Below, piece by piece: positions 47,893 to 58,601 of a DNA stretch of 64,000 nt (position 1 is the first letter of the stretch; every line of letters begins with the position of its first letter). The stretch comes from a virus, in IMG/VR virus record IMGVR_UViG_3300029389_000414; one strand, written 5' to 3'. A model generated the notes under the pieces. It worked only from the letters and a program-made list of their open reading frames with translations. It was not told where the DNA came from and searched no databases. The position numbers and the translations under genes are program-made.

Positions 47893-48224
47893 TCATTCCT
47901 CCATTTCATCTTCCTTATGCATCTACCTATAGAGTGGTGAATGAATTGAAAAATAAAAAAGGCCCAGATAAGTTGAGGGGACGTTTTGGGTCTGGGCCTC
48001 TTTTTAGGAACAGCACTGGTTTTGCTGTGGGATTGCGCTTTCCGGTGGAAAGACAAGTGCTGGTTCCATATACAACAGGATTGTTCAAACTCCTGTTCAT
48101 TATTAGTATGACAAATTATAACACTATGATACTCTTTCAAGCGAATACCATTGGAAGTTGTTACGCTTCCAACAGCAAAATAAAGATAAAAAATACTCCC
48201 ATTATAGTATGGAAAATACACTTT

Positions 48225-48350
48225 GTAGACAACATAGTTATGGATTCATCCCGCTGCCTATAGAGTCCGGAGGATTCTCCTTGAATGTGTTAACCTTTTA
48301 CCCTCTAACATATCAGATGAAGCTTTTGCAAGCTCTTGACAATAGTCAGG
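48225..48350. repeat. solo IS200/IS605-family end remnant
   Basis: Positions 48225-48295 are ~85% identical to the TnpB left end at 37207-37280 (tttgtRgacaacatagttatggattcatcccgc..cctatagag..cgg.g.attctccttga). The next 50 nt share gcttttgcaagctc with the IscB-2 omega region. Confidence 0.55.
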
Positions 48351-48352
48351 AG

Positions 48353-49131
48353 TTAATTGACATTCGGATTCCCATGCACCACCATGGCGCTCATGTTATC
48401 CGGGTATTTCACTTCTACTTTTGCGGCCTGGACCAGATTGTAAGATGCTTCCTGGCAGCTTCCGCTTTTAAGTATGATATCAGCCATGAACTCCGGCTGG
48501 ACAGCATAATGAACGCCATCCGTTGTCAATACGACCAGGTCTGTCGGACGGATCTTTCCATGCTCTGTCTGAATGACCGGATCAATCACCACTCCAATCC
48601 CACTCGTCATCCTGAGCCGGTCCGGATGTACATGCAAGGTCTCCCGGTCAATCTGCCCTGCTTCAAATAATTCCTCTGCTTTTGTATGATCCCTGGTAAG
48701 CTGGTTCAGCTTTCCATCTCTCATAATATACGCCCTTGTATTCCCGCAATGTGCCAGATATATTTTATAGTCATTAGACAACAGGATTGCCGTTATACTT
48801 GCCGCATACCCGCTGTAATACTCTTCATTCCCCATCTTCAATGCGCCCAACAGTTTATTACTGCAGATAAAGGCATCTTTCAGGAAAAATTCAGGATCGC
48901 TCAGAAACAGATCTTTTTTCGCTTCAAATTCTCTGGCAATATGCTCTGTGATATCAAGGACGGCTATGGGAGCTGGCTGTGGATGGTCTTTTCTGGAGCC
49001 TGTCCCGTCTGCAATGATGCATAACAGGTTTTCATCATCCAGTTCCCTGAACTGTACAAAATCTTCCTGATTCTCTCGTTCGCAGCCAATATCTACAGTC
49101 GCGCCAATCTTATACTTATTCACATGCATTC
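48353..49131 (-). CDS. PP2C-family Ser/Thr protein phosphatase
   Basis: aaaggag RBS before MHVNKY; the ADGTGS and TTDGV motifs match PP2C metal-binding regions. Confidence 0.65.
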
Positions 49132-49216
49132 TCCTTTCTGAAAATACTTTCTTATATATAGTATGTAAAAAAGCGAAAAAAAAGAGTGCCATATGGCACT
49201 CTGATAATTCAAAGGA

Positions 49217-49651
49217 CTACAAATTAAAGATATGAGGAACTACATATATGAAGACCCATAACGCTATGAGGGCTACTACAATTATAAACAAAATTGCTGC
49301 TCCTGTCGATATATCATCCTCTTCATCATTTACATCTGGATTTTTCTGCTGTATATATTGCTTTTCTTTTATTTTAATTTTATCTTCTAATGCTTCCGAA
49401 TTGTAATATACAATTGCATTCTTTAATTCCTCCGTCATTATATTTCTGTTCTCTGATTCATCGTCCTGATAAATATATGCTTTGTTGTCGTCAATACAAT
49501 ACAAAGTAATCGGGACATACTTTTTTATGATTTTATTTTGTACCTCAAATAATTTTTCTCCAATGAACGAAAAATCTTCTTTGGATATAAGTATATTGGA
49601 GCAGCAATTATAAATCTGCTTCTTCAAATTTCGAATCCCGTTACACATCAC
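49217..49651 (-). CDS. hypothetical protein with C-terminal TM helix
   Basis: 144-aa ORF overlapping the upstream gene end by 4 nt. Confidence 0.4.
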   Translation of the reverse strand: MMCNGIRNLKKQIYNCCSNILISKEDFSFIGEKLFEVQNKIIKKYVPITLYCIDDNKAYIYQDDESENRNIMTEELKNAIVYYNSEALEDKIKIKEKQYIQQKNPDVNDEEDDISTGAAILFIIVVALIALWVFIYVVPHIFNL

Positions 49652-50415
49652 AATTTCATTAGATTCTGTTTCAAGAAATATTCAACCGCTCGTTTTTCAC
49701 GTCTGAGCTGCTGAACAGGAGTTTCCTCTGTTTCCCCAGATTGATAAGATGTCCCGTTTACAATTTTTCGTTCGTTTCCATCAATATCATATTCATATCT
49801 TGTTCCAGACTGTGTTCCGCGATTTTTTACTTCGATAACAAACACACCGTTTGTTGTCAGCAATAAAGCATCAATTTCTGTGTCATGGTCAGAATCCTGG
49901 TGTGAAGGAAGGAATATATTGGTAAACAATGCGGTATTTGGTATATTGTCTCTCAAATATAAAAAAACGTTTGCCTCCGCTTCATCTCCTTTTTCTTGAT
50001 TTGATATTTCCTGCTTTTGAGATTTTATTGCTTTTTCATATTTACTAATAAGTTTATTTATACCACTAAAATCAGTCTGCTCAATCAGAGACTGATCATA
50101 AATTCCCCCGTAAACATCTTGGATATTTTGAATCTTTGAAAAACAAGCTGCCATATCTGCTAAATATTCCATCCGTCCTTTGATTGCATCAATATCTGAC
50201 CTTAAATATGCCAGCTTATCGTCTTTCGGAACCATATATGTATGTTCTTTAAAATTCGTTTTTAAGGGTTTTAACTTTTTTATTGTATATAGTTCCGTTT
50301 TTATACGTTCAATTTCTTCACGTTCCACAATTATTACCTCATATTTATAATTTCTGCTTTTTATTTTAACACACTTCCCTTTTCGCGTCACTATACTGAC
50401 CCCGTATCTCTTCAT
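49648..50415 (-). CDS. NERD (nuclease-related) domain protein
   Basis: GDEAEANVFLYLRDNIP...EIDALLLTTNGVFVIEVKN matches the NERD core. Confidence 0.7.
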   Translation of the reverse strand: MKRYGVSIVTRKGKCVKIKSRNYKYEVIIVEREEIERIKTELYTIKKLKPLKTNFKEHTYMVPKDDKLAYLRSDIDAIKGRMEYLADMAACFSKIQNIQDVYGGIYDQSLIEQTDFSGINKLISKYEKAIKSQKQEISNQEKGDEAEANVFLYLRDNIPNTALFTNIFLPSHQDSDHDTEIDALLLTTNGVFVIEVKNRGTQSGTRYEYDIDGNERKIVNGTSYQSGETEETPVQQLRREKRAVEYFLKQNLMKL

Positions 50416-50443
50416 TTTTTCACCTTTTTCCCACTATATCGAC
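50385..50443. repeat. two copies of 16-bp motif GTCACTATACTGACCC at the NERD gene start
   Basis: 50385-50400 is exact; 50428-50443 is degenerate (cccactatatcgaccc). The same motif recurs at 57611-57742. Confidence 0.6.
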
Positions 50444-50518
50444 CCATTGCTCTAGACAAAAACATCTGAGTGCGATATATTAACAAATAATATCTGAGAA
50501 CGGAAGGAAAGATTAAAC

Positions 50519-50791
50519 ATGCAAACCTATCACCCAGGAGATACCTGCTATATTCTAGAGAACAACCGGATCGTCCGTAAAGCTGTCATTGTAAAACAGA
50601 CCGGGGATTTTTATCTGATCCAGTTCGGGGATTCCAACGGAATGACCAGGCTTCGTAGAAATCGGTTATTCTGCTCTGAACAAGAAGCTTACGACAGCCG
50701 CTATAAAAATGAATACAGGACAAACGAGGATTTGCACGGGTATGTAGATGTATTTGCCGGCAGGCGCACGAACCGGAATCCACACGCATAA
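50519..50791 (+). CDS. hypothetical small protein
   Basis: gaaaggaaagattaaac RBS; 90 aa. Confidence 0.5.
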   Translation: MQTYHPGDTCYILENNRIVRKAVIVKQTGDFYLIQFGDSNGMTRLRRNRLFCSEQEAYDSRYKNEYRTNEDLHGYVDVFAGRRTNRNPHA

Positions 50792-50865
50792 GGCGGTACT
50801 TTTTGTATCGTCTTTTTTTTGCATAAGAAAAGAGTGCCATCTCTGACACTCTCTTCTTGTCGGTA

Positions 50866-53800
50866 TTACTTTTCAGATAAATAATCCTTTCTCTTTCTGG
50901 ATGCGATCATCAGCATGATCAGTGCCGTTCCGATCAGGATTACCAGCATGTAACTTCCTGTGTTCGGAAGTGCATACCAGACGATCCGTTCATTTGTAAA
51001 TGTGACTGCATCGTTCTCACCCTTATCAATTGTCTCAATCTGGGTGGAAAGACTGCTGTTTCGTTTTACGATCCGGTCCGTCTTTTTCACGACAGTCGCC
51101 GCATCAATGCTGTAAGATGGACGATACTCACTGCCGCTCTCTGTGATCTGATACTTACTTCCGACCGGAAGTTCATGGAAGATCATCTGCTCGCCATTCT
51201 TTAAAGAAATGTTCTTTGTTGCATTTCCGCTTGCATCTGCAGTAACGTCTCCTGCTGTAGAAGAGATCACTGCATTCGCCGGAAGTCCGGTGAACTTGAC
51301 GGTAAAGCTGAATGCTTCTTTGGCATTGTAAGCACTGCCATCTGCATTGACTGTTTTCTTTGTCAATGTCAGGTCCTGTGACATCTGGAATTCATTCGTA
51401 AAGGTAACTGTCACCTTTTCTCCCTTGTCTGCTGTCTCTGTTGCAGTAGAGATCTCCTGATCCTCTTCTGTGTTTGCTCCGGATGCTGTTGCGATCTTCT
51501 GAAGTCCTGCTGCATCCGTGACTGCATAGCTGGAAGTGTATGCTCCTGCTGCTTCCGTGAACCGGTAAGTACATCCGGCCGGCAGATGCAGGAATGTAAC
51601 ATTCTCTCCCTTGCCAAGCGTAAATGTTACGGTTGCTTTTCCATCCGCATCAGACTGGAACTCTGTTTCATCAGAAAGTCCGTAATTCCAGTTCGCCCTT
51701 AAATGATCGAATACTGCTGTGAACTGGAATTTCTCCACGGCTCCGGCATCCTCCGGAAGTACTTTCTTGGATACCGTGAGGTTGACTTCATCTTCTCCAG
51801 GTTCTTCTTCTTTCAAATGCATGTTCACAAAACTTGCTTCTGCAGTCTTTCCATCTTCAATGGTTCCTGCATCTCCTGTTGTCATGATTGGACGATACAA
51901 TCCGCTCTGCTCTTCCACGACACGGTATGTCGTTCCGCTTGGAATGTCTTCGATCAGTTTGCTCTCTCCATGCTTCAGGGAGATTGTTCCAACACCATTG
52001 GTGAATGTCACTCCTGAGAGCATCATGGAGTCTTTGATCCGGCTGCCTTTCAGCGTGATCGTGAACTTGAATGCTTTGTTCTTATTTCCATTTTGAATGG
52101 TCTTCGTAATTTTCAGCTTACCGACTGTCTCATCCGGCACTTCAACTGTCTGGTCTTTGTCAGTGAGGTCGCTGTGCTGTGCTACAAGCACCTGTTTCCC
52201 GTCCACCGTTGTATAGACACTTTCGCAGACTACCAGGGTCTTGTTCTTTGCTTCGGAACTGCTGATCTCAAAGTCCAAAGTCTCTGTTCCGCTGGTCGCG
52301 GATGCCGCAAATGTCTTGGATGCTGTCACATCTTTTCCATTCTCCTGGTACGCATTTCCGGTGGCTTTATCCATCAGTGTTCCCTGGAGCGTATAAGATG
52401 TTCCTTTTGTGAGTCCGTAGTATTTGACCGTATCCCGTACTGTCTGGCTCGTATAACGGTCATTCTGGCCGGCAGTCGTCTGAATGGCTGCTGTTGTTGT
52501 GATTCCGGCAACCGTCACTGTCTGTCCTGCATCTTTCAGGTCCTTATGCTGTGCAATGACCACTCCGTCTGCATAGCAGATCTCTTCATAAACAACAAGT
52601 GTCTTACCCATGAGATTTCTTCCTTTAATTGGGATCTCAACATCAATGCTTCCATTGGTCTCATCCGGAAGGATCTCTGACTCTACGATGATGTCATTTC
52701 CGTCAGAGTCTTTAGCTGCCTTGCCTGTTGCTTTGTCCATGACCGTGGATCTTACAGTCAACGGGAGTCCTGTCTGCATGCCGGTATAACTGATCGTATC
52801 TACGATGGTCATGTCATCCTGCGCATCAATGACTTTTGTACCGTTCCGTTTATCAACAGCTGTCGTGCTTGTGATGACTGGGAAGGACAATGTCTGATAC
52901 TCGTTATCCAGTGATCTCTCAGACACGATCTCTTTTCCATTCAGGCTCAATGTCTCGTATGCCACCAGGCTGGAGGTATTCAGGTTCGCGGCATTCAGCG
53001 TGAATTCTACATCTACTTCACCGCTCTTCTCCGCCGGGGTAAAGGTCTTTGTAACGGTCATTTCTTTTCCATTTCCGTCCACGAACACTTTTCCGGTCGC
53101 TTTCTCAATGAGCTGACCGGTCAGTGTATAAGACTGTCCCGGAATCAGGCCTTCATAATAGACCGTATCCACTGCATTGACACTGGAAGAAGCTTTTACG
53201 AACTGTGTATTCGTCGCTGCGTCTACAAGCTGTGTGGTGATGCCTGGAACATTGACCAGCTGGTCTTCGTCGTCCATGTCTTCGTGGGAAGCCCATTTTT
53301 CCATGGATCCATTATCCGTGATCCGGTAAAGTGTTTCATAAACAACATATTCACCACCTGGCATACCTACACCGTTAAATGTAAGGTCTACCGTCGCACT
53401 GCCTGATGTGGCGGATGCCGCAAAGTCTTTATTTCCTGTGATCGGCTGTCCATCTCCGTCTACGGCAGCTTCTCCTGTCAGCTTGTCCATCAGGACTGCC
53501 TGCAGCTGGTATTTATATCCTGCCACTGCGCCCTTATAACTAACGGTATCTGTAATGGTTGTTTTGCTGCTGAGTGTTACCTGCTTGCTTCCAGATGCTT
53601 TATCTTTCGCAACAGTACTGATAAATGTCGTGGTCGCTGTCAGCTCACTGACCTCTTTGAACGTGCGTCCCGGATATAAGATCTCCTGTTCGAACTTGTC
53701 CTTATTAATACCTTCCTCGTTCAAGACCTGGCCGCTTTCTGTACATAATACATATTTCGAACCGTCATCACTTAAACGGTAATATCCTTCTGCCTTGCTG

Positions 53801-56800
53801 CCTTCATAGGATACGGCATTCTTTAAATGATAGATCGTATAAGGAGCAGCTTTAACCAGTTCATAGTTGCTGTCTTTGCTCGGTTCTACTTTGGTGATGT
53901 CATATTCATCTTTACCATAGGTACATTCCCTGGTACTGGAAATGACTTTACCGGTTGTCTTGTCTACGATCTTTCCTTCGATGGTATATACATTTCCAGG
54001 GATCAGCCCGATCATGTCTACTTCGTCAGATATGCCTTTGTCTGTATAAGCAACATTGTCTGAAGAGACATAAGTGTTTGTGATCACCGGGATGCTGACT
54101 GTCTGATCTTCGTTCGACAAATCTTTTTCAGCGGCCCATTCAATATAATTCTCATAGACAGAAGGGTCTGTGTAGGAGAAATAGACCTGTACATAGGAAG
54201 TTAGTTTCTGTCCTGCATATTTTTTCATGACATCTGAGGATAAGCTGTAGGTCAGTGCTGTACCATTTTCCAGTTCCTCTTTTGTGACCTGATGGCATGC
54301 GATCTCAGACTTGATCTGATTTCCGCTGTTGTCTGTGACCGGATTCCCGGACGCATCCATTAAAGTTCCTTCATACTTGATATAGTAGAAATTGATCTCA
54401 TCATAGGAAGGGAAGTTGTGCAGATCGATCTTGTCTTTCAGCGTGACTGTCTTGCCATTGGTCTGCAGGTCATGTAACCCAGTAGAGGAATCAGTAAGTT
54501 CTGTTGTGATGTTCTGGAAGCTGACTGTTTCCTGTGGATCATTCATGTCCGTGTGTGATACTAACAGGTTGTCATAATTCGGAGTCCCGTCAGATTTCAG
54601 TTCATAAATATAGGTAAAGAACACATAGTCCTTTCCCAGCATGTTTGACACATCTTTGACCGGCATGGTAATGCTTCCTGTTCCGGTGTATCCTGCTGCA
54701 GTATCGTTATACTCGATCAGTGTTCCTGTTGCCTGAAGGTCATTTCCGTTCTCATCTTTGACAAAATCTCCAGTCTCTTTATCGACCAGCTTGCTGACGA
54801 TATAGCCGGAAGTCAGGCCTTTGACATTGATATCGTCACAGAGTACGGTTGCATATTCTCCCTTATAAACACCCATATCATAATATGGCGCTTTATGATC
54901 GAACTGGATCCGGTTCGTTTCGGATTCACTGCCATAAGAAGTGGTACTGACCTCAATACTGGTATTTACGATCTTACCAAGGTCTACGACTGCAGCACTG
55001 TTCCCATTGACTGAGAAGGAACCGGTGTACATGACCATCCCCTTATTTGCCGCACTGGATACCTCTTCGATCGTGTAATCTCCGTATTCAAATGCGCCCT
55101 GATCGTCAGAGAGCTGATCCATATCCCCGAACCATACCCCGGCACCTGCCTGGTCTGAATTCGTGTCTTTTGTATTCACCAGTTTTGAAGAATCAAAGAT
55201 ACCGTTCTCATCTGTGTAGACTGTATGGCTCTCGCCTGTTCTTGTGTTCGTGATCTTGAACGGAACGTCTGCGATCGGATTGTCATTGACACCATTGACC
55301 TTGAGGAGTTTGATATCACTTCTTGCATAAGAGTCCTGCCCCTCGAAAGTCTGGCTTCCCATGAGCTTCGTAAGGTCTCCCTCATTCCTGATCTGTGCAA
55401 GGTAGACTCCGTTCTTACTGGAATTTCCCTGTGCATCTGTCATCTCCAGGTCATTCCTGTATCCTTCCGGTGCTTTCATTTCCTGGATCGTAATGGTTCC
55501 GCGAGGGATCGTAGGAATCGTTCCTGCATAATAAAAGGAATCACCGCCCACCTTATAGCTGTCTGTTAATCCAGCCACATAGACTTTTCCATTTTTCGAA
55601 GTCTTTTCTTTCGTCTCGACCACCCATGTCCTGGTCGCTTTTGATGGAAGCGTATCCTGATCATAAAAGCCTGCATAGTAGCTGACCGTGAACTGTGCCC
55701 CGGCCATGGACGTTCCGCCTTCCGGATCATCGCCGGTCAGCTTGTCTTTCTTCGTGATCTGTATTGCTGACGGATCGTTCACCGGTTCATCCGATACACT
55801 CACAACTTTTGTATCACAGTTCCCCAGATAAAAAGATCCGACGGACTGATTTAGTTCATATCCTTCCGGAGCCTGTGTTTCCTTGTAATAGTAAGTTCCT
55901 GTATCTAATGTTGCAGTACCGGTATTTCCGTTTCCATCCGTACTTAGTGTTGCGACGCGGTTCGTACAGCCTGCATCACTGTAAATGGAATACTGTGCGC
56001 CTGCCAGGGAATAACAGATGTTCCCATTGGTGATGGCAGAATTGGACGATGACTTCCGGAACTGTACCGTGGACGCATTCATGACCTGGAACGCCATTGG
56101 CTGTGCCCGTCTGTTTCCGTTTATATAACTGGTATCAAAATAATAACAGCCATATCCTGCCGGTGCAGAAGCCATCCATGTGATCTGGGTCGCTTTATTT
56201 TTGATATGGTTCTTTACAGAACTGGAAACACCATGGAATGCGTTGTTCGCTCTTCCTGTATCATGCAGTACATATAATGCATACATATACGAAAGCATGA
56301 TATGCGTATAAGCATATTCATACTGTTGGGATCCATCCCAGATCCATCCATAGCTGTTCACAAAAGAACTGTATCCAGGACCTCCGTATGCATAGTAAAA
56401 TGCTTTCCTCACGACATCATTATCGATCAGGTATCCCGTGTACCAGCCTGCCTTTGGTGTCTTCCAGACCGGATTCATACAATAGGCATATTGGTTTTCA
56501 TTGGTCGTATAGTATCTGGTCGTATAAGAACCGTACCGGACTGATGATCCCGGCACATTCAGATAAATGGATTTACTGCCTGCGATCCTTGCAGACTGAG
56601 CAGATACATTTGAGTCATCACTGCATACAGCAACTTCATTTGCACTGCCTCCACTGTTCGCTTCTATCTGTGCGATCTCTTCATCTGTAAGTTCCTCTTC
56701 AAAAGCGGCAGAACCTTCCTCATCCATCTGGTCAAGCTGTTCATCCGTGTAAGCTTCAAAAGAAGCTGTGATCTTTGCTTCACTTTCTGGCATTGTAAAG

Positions 56801-57399
56801 GCAGCGGTTCCTTCCTCGCTGACTTCCAGATCCTGTATCTTCTTGCCTTCTTTATCCAGCAGTTCTGCGCTGACCAGGTAATATCCGGAATCCGGTGCGA
56901 TGCTGACTTGGACTTCGCTGCCCTCCTCGAATTTCTTGCTTTTCTTCTGCTCCTGTTTCAGAGCCTCTTCCAAAGCTTTTTGCGGATTTTCCATATCCGC
57001 TTTTACAACTTCATCTTCTGAAACTGGAAATGCGATCAATCCATTTTCCGGATCCTCAATGGACACTTTATATGATTCTGCCTTAGCAGGTTCTTTTGTA
57101 TCCTTGGCATCTGACTTTTTCTCATCAGATTGTCCGGACTGTTCACTGGATTGCTCTGTATCAGATTTTTTATCCTGTGACTCAGGCGTCTGTCCGCCAT
57201 CCGCACTTTTATCAGAAGATGCAGATTCCTGAACAGTTCCTTCTGCTTTGTCTGAAGCCCCATCCGATCCCGGTGCTTCGGCTGATGCCTCGGTATTATC
57301 CGGGGATGCAAACACGGTCGTTCCAATGGACGACGGGACCATTAAAATTGCTGCCAGGGTCAATGCAGTTGCTCTGGCAAGTAACTTCTTCTTTTTCAA
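50866..57399 (-). CDS. giant LPXTG-anchored surface adhesin (2177 aa): Cna-B/SpaA-like repeat domains, possible thioester-type domain
   Basis: TTG start with aaggagag RBS; signal peptide; ~15 tandem ~130-aa repeats with the D..DQTV.VP...T/Y(V)YE(T)L signature; YAYCMNPVWKTP region; C-terminal LPNTGS plus TM helix plus a charged tail. Confidence 0.85.
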   Translation of the reverse strand: MKKKKLLARATALTLAAILMVPSSIGTTVFASPDNTEASAEAPGSDGASDKAEGTVQESASSDKSADGGQTPESQDKKSDTEQSSEQSGQSDEKKSDAKDTKEPAKAESYKVSIEDPENGLIAFPVSEDEVVKADMENPQKALEEALKQEQKKSKKFEEGSEVQVSIAPDSGYYLVSAELLDKEGKKIQDLEVSEEGTAAFTMPESEAKITASFEAYTDEQLDQMDEEGSAAFEEELTDEEIAQIEANSGGSANEVAVCSDDSNVSAQSARIAGSKSIYLNVPGSSVRYGSYTTRYYTTNENQYAYCMNPVWKTPKAGWYTGYLIDNDVVRKAFYYAYGGPGYSSFVNSYGWIWDGSQQYEYAYTHIMLSYMYALYVLHDTGRANNAFHGVSSSVKNHIKNKATQITWMASAPAGYGCYYFDTSYINGNRRAQPMAFQVMNASTVQFRKSSSNSAITNGNICYSLAGAQYSIYSDAGCTNRVATLSTDGNGNTGTATLDTGTYYYKETQAPEGYELNQSVGSFYLGNCDTKVVSVSDEPVNDPSAIQITKKDKLTGDDPEGGTSMAGAQFTVSYYAGFYDQDTLPSKATRTWVVETKEKTSKNGKVYVAGLTDSYKVGGDSFYYAGTIPTIPRGTITIQEMKAPEGYRNDLEMTDAQGNSSKNGVYLAQIRNEGDLTKLMGSQTFEGQDSYARSDIKLLKVNGVNDNPIADVPFKITNTRTGESHTVYTDENGIFDSSKLVNTKDTNSDQAGAGVWFGDMDQLSDDQGAFEYGDYTIEEVSSAANKGMVMYTGSFSVNGNSAAVVDLGKIVNTSIEVSTTSYGSESETNRIQFDHKAPYYDMGVYKGEYATVLCDDINVKGLTSGYIVSKLVDKETGDFVKDENGNDLQATGTLIEYNDTAAGYTGTGSITMPVKDVSNMLGKDYVFFTYIYELKSDGTPNYDNLLVSHTDMNDPQETVSFQNITTELTDSSTGLHDLQTNGKTVTLKDKIDLHNFPSYDEINFYYIKYEGTLMDASGNPVTDNSGNQIKSEIACHQVTKEELENGTALTYSLSSDVMKKYAGQKLTSYVQVYFSYTDPSVYENYIEWAAEKDLSNEDQTVSIPVITNTYVSSDNVAYTDKGISDEVDMIGLIPGNVYTIEGKIVDKTTGKVISSTRECTYGKDEYDITKVEPSKDSNYELVKAAPYTIYHLKNAVSYEGSKAEGYYRLSDDGSKYVLCTESGQVLNEEGINKDKFEQEILYPGRTFKEVSELTATTTFISTVAKDKASGSKQVTLSSKTTITDTVSYKGAVAGYKYQLQAVLMDKLTGEAAVDGDGQPITGNKDFAASATSGSATVDLTFNGVGMPGGEYVVYETLYRITDNGSMEKWASHEDMDDEDQLVNVPGITTQLVDAATNTQFVKASSSVNAVDTVYYEGLIPGQSYTLTGQLIEKATGKVFVDGNGKEMTVTKTFTPAEKSGEVDVEFTLNAANLNTSSLVAYETLSLNGKEIVSERSLDNEYQTLSFPVITSTTAVDKRNGTKVIDAQDDMTIVDTISYTGMQTGLPLTVRSTVMDKATGKAAKDSDGNDIIVESEILPDETNGSIDVEIPIKGRNLMGKTLVVYEEICYADGVVIAQHKDLKDAGQTVTVAGITTTAAIQTTAGQNDRYTSQTVRDTVKYYGLTKGTSYTLQGTLMDKATGNAYQENGKDVTASKTFAASATSGTETLDFEISSSEAKNKTLVVCESVYTTVDGKQVLVAQHSDLTDKDQTVEVPDETVGKLKITKTIQNGNKNKAFKFTITLKGSRIKDSMMLSGVTFTNGVGTISLKHGESKLIEDIPSGTTYRVVEEQSGLYRPIMTTGDAGTIEDGKTAEASFVNMHLKEEEPGEDEVNLTVSKKVLPEDAGAVEKFQFTAVFDHLRANWNYGLSDETEFQSDADGKATVTFTLGKGENVTFLHLPAGCTYRFTEAAGAYTSSYAVTDAAGLQKIATASGANTEEDQEISTATETADKGEKVTVTFTNEFQMSQDLTLTKKTVNADGSAYNAKEAFSFTVKFTGLPANAVISSTAGDVTADASGNATKNISLKNGEQMIFHELPVGSKYQITESGSEYRPSYSIDAATVVKKTDRIVKRNSSLSTQIETIDKGENDAVTFTNERIVWYALPNTGSYMLVILIGTALIMLMIASRKRKDYLSEK

Positions 57400-57604
57400 A
57401 GTCTCTCTCTCCTTTCTTAAATAGTTCTATTAATAGTATGAGTAATCGAGTGTTCAGGAAGAAATGCAGATGATGACAGAAGGACGCTATATTCTCATTT
57501 CTACATGTGATTTGAAAGTCAATCGGATATGTTATATAATGGATGCAGAGAATCAAAGAGGAAAAAGGCGGTCCTGTTGAGGGCTGTCTTTTTTTACCTT
57601 TTTA

Positions 57605-57745
57605 TTTCAATATAGTGACCCGGTATATATCCATTTTCTTATATCACGTCACTATACTGACCCAGTTTAGATTAATTGTGGGTCATTATACTGACCCGTT
57701 TTTAATGAACACAACCAATGAGGTCACTATACTGACCCAGTTCTA
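57605..57745. repeat. cluster of four 16-bp GTCACTATACTGACCC iterons (three direct, one inverted) upstream of the adhesin gene
   Basis: 57611 is inverted (tatagtgacccgg); 57649, 57683 (gggtcattatactgaccc) and 57726 are direct. Confidence 0.6.
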
Positions 57746-57959
57746 ATAAGTATCTTCTGCGTGGGGAGTGGCATGAGCTAAAAAAAAGGACACCCAGAGG
57801 CATCCTTTTCTTATGATCTTTGGATATATACGTCGGAAGCTGCTGCACCATTCTATGCAGGAATTGTATTGGCATTTTCTGCAGATGTCGTCTGAGCAGC
57901 TGCTTCTGCCTGATTTCCTGCCTGTTTATTTGCCTGTTCCGCTTGTTTGGCTGGTCCTT

Positions 57960-58346
57960 TCTGAGCCTGCATGTCTTTTACATAGTCGGAAAGTAACGAT
58001 ACAGGACTGCACGTTTTTTCTCCAGCAGGATCCGGCATCTCCGTTCGCTCATGAAACCAAGCGGACGTTTGTTCTTGTCTAAAGTAATGACCATGTTTTT
58101 TTCCTTTCATTTGTGGCAGTTACGCCCTTGTACTGAGACTGCATTCCTGCAGCCTCTTCTCTTCGCGCGTTAGCATGCTTTGTTACTGCTGAAGTACTGG
58201 CTTTTCTTCTCGGCTTGCCTGTTTAACGACAGCGACACGGGACTTGTATTAGAGAAGCGTACAATACCGTGATCACATACTAACCCCTGGCACGGATGCG
58301 TTACATCCGGTGGCCAGCCGCTACTCAACCATACGAATAGCCTGAC
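57960..58346 (-). pseudogene. truncated third IscB copy retaining an intact omega-RNA region
   Basis: 58095-58346 is >95% identical to the copy-1 omega region, and ~135 nt of the iscB 5' end follow before the homology breaks. The ORF-track hits at 57853-58110 and 34592-34774 are out-of-frame readings of this region. Confidence 0.65.
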
Positions 58347-58601
58347 ATATAATTATGCTGCAAAGGACAGCTCCTCATGCTCGGTTATTCAATATCCGAG
58401 TTGGTTGACATTCTGGTCTTCTTCTTTTTTATCCGGATCATCCTGATTATCATAAGACAGGGTATTTACACTTTCTGTCTTTACCGTTGCAGTGTCTGTA
58501 TGGTCTGCAGCAGCCACAGTTGCGTAAGATGGAAAGAGATTGCCGGACATAAGTATCACTGCCAAGGATATACCAAGGATTCGTTTTACTCTGTTTCGAC
58601 A

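Noticed and set aside
57420-57445. The ccatactattaatag box as an island-specific promoter recognised by an island-encoded sigma factor
   Set aside because: The same box also precedes the adhesin, PP2C, RNase H and other non-cassette genes. It is more likely a general housekeeping -10-region variant of this organism, so nothing island-specific is claimed.
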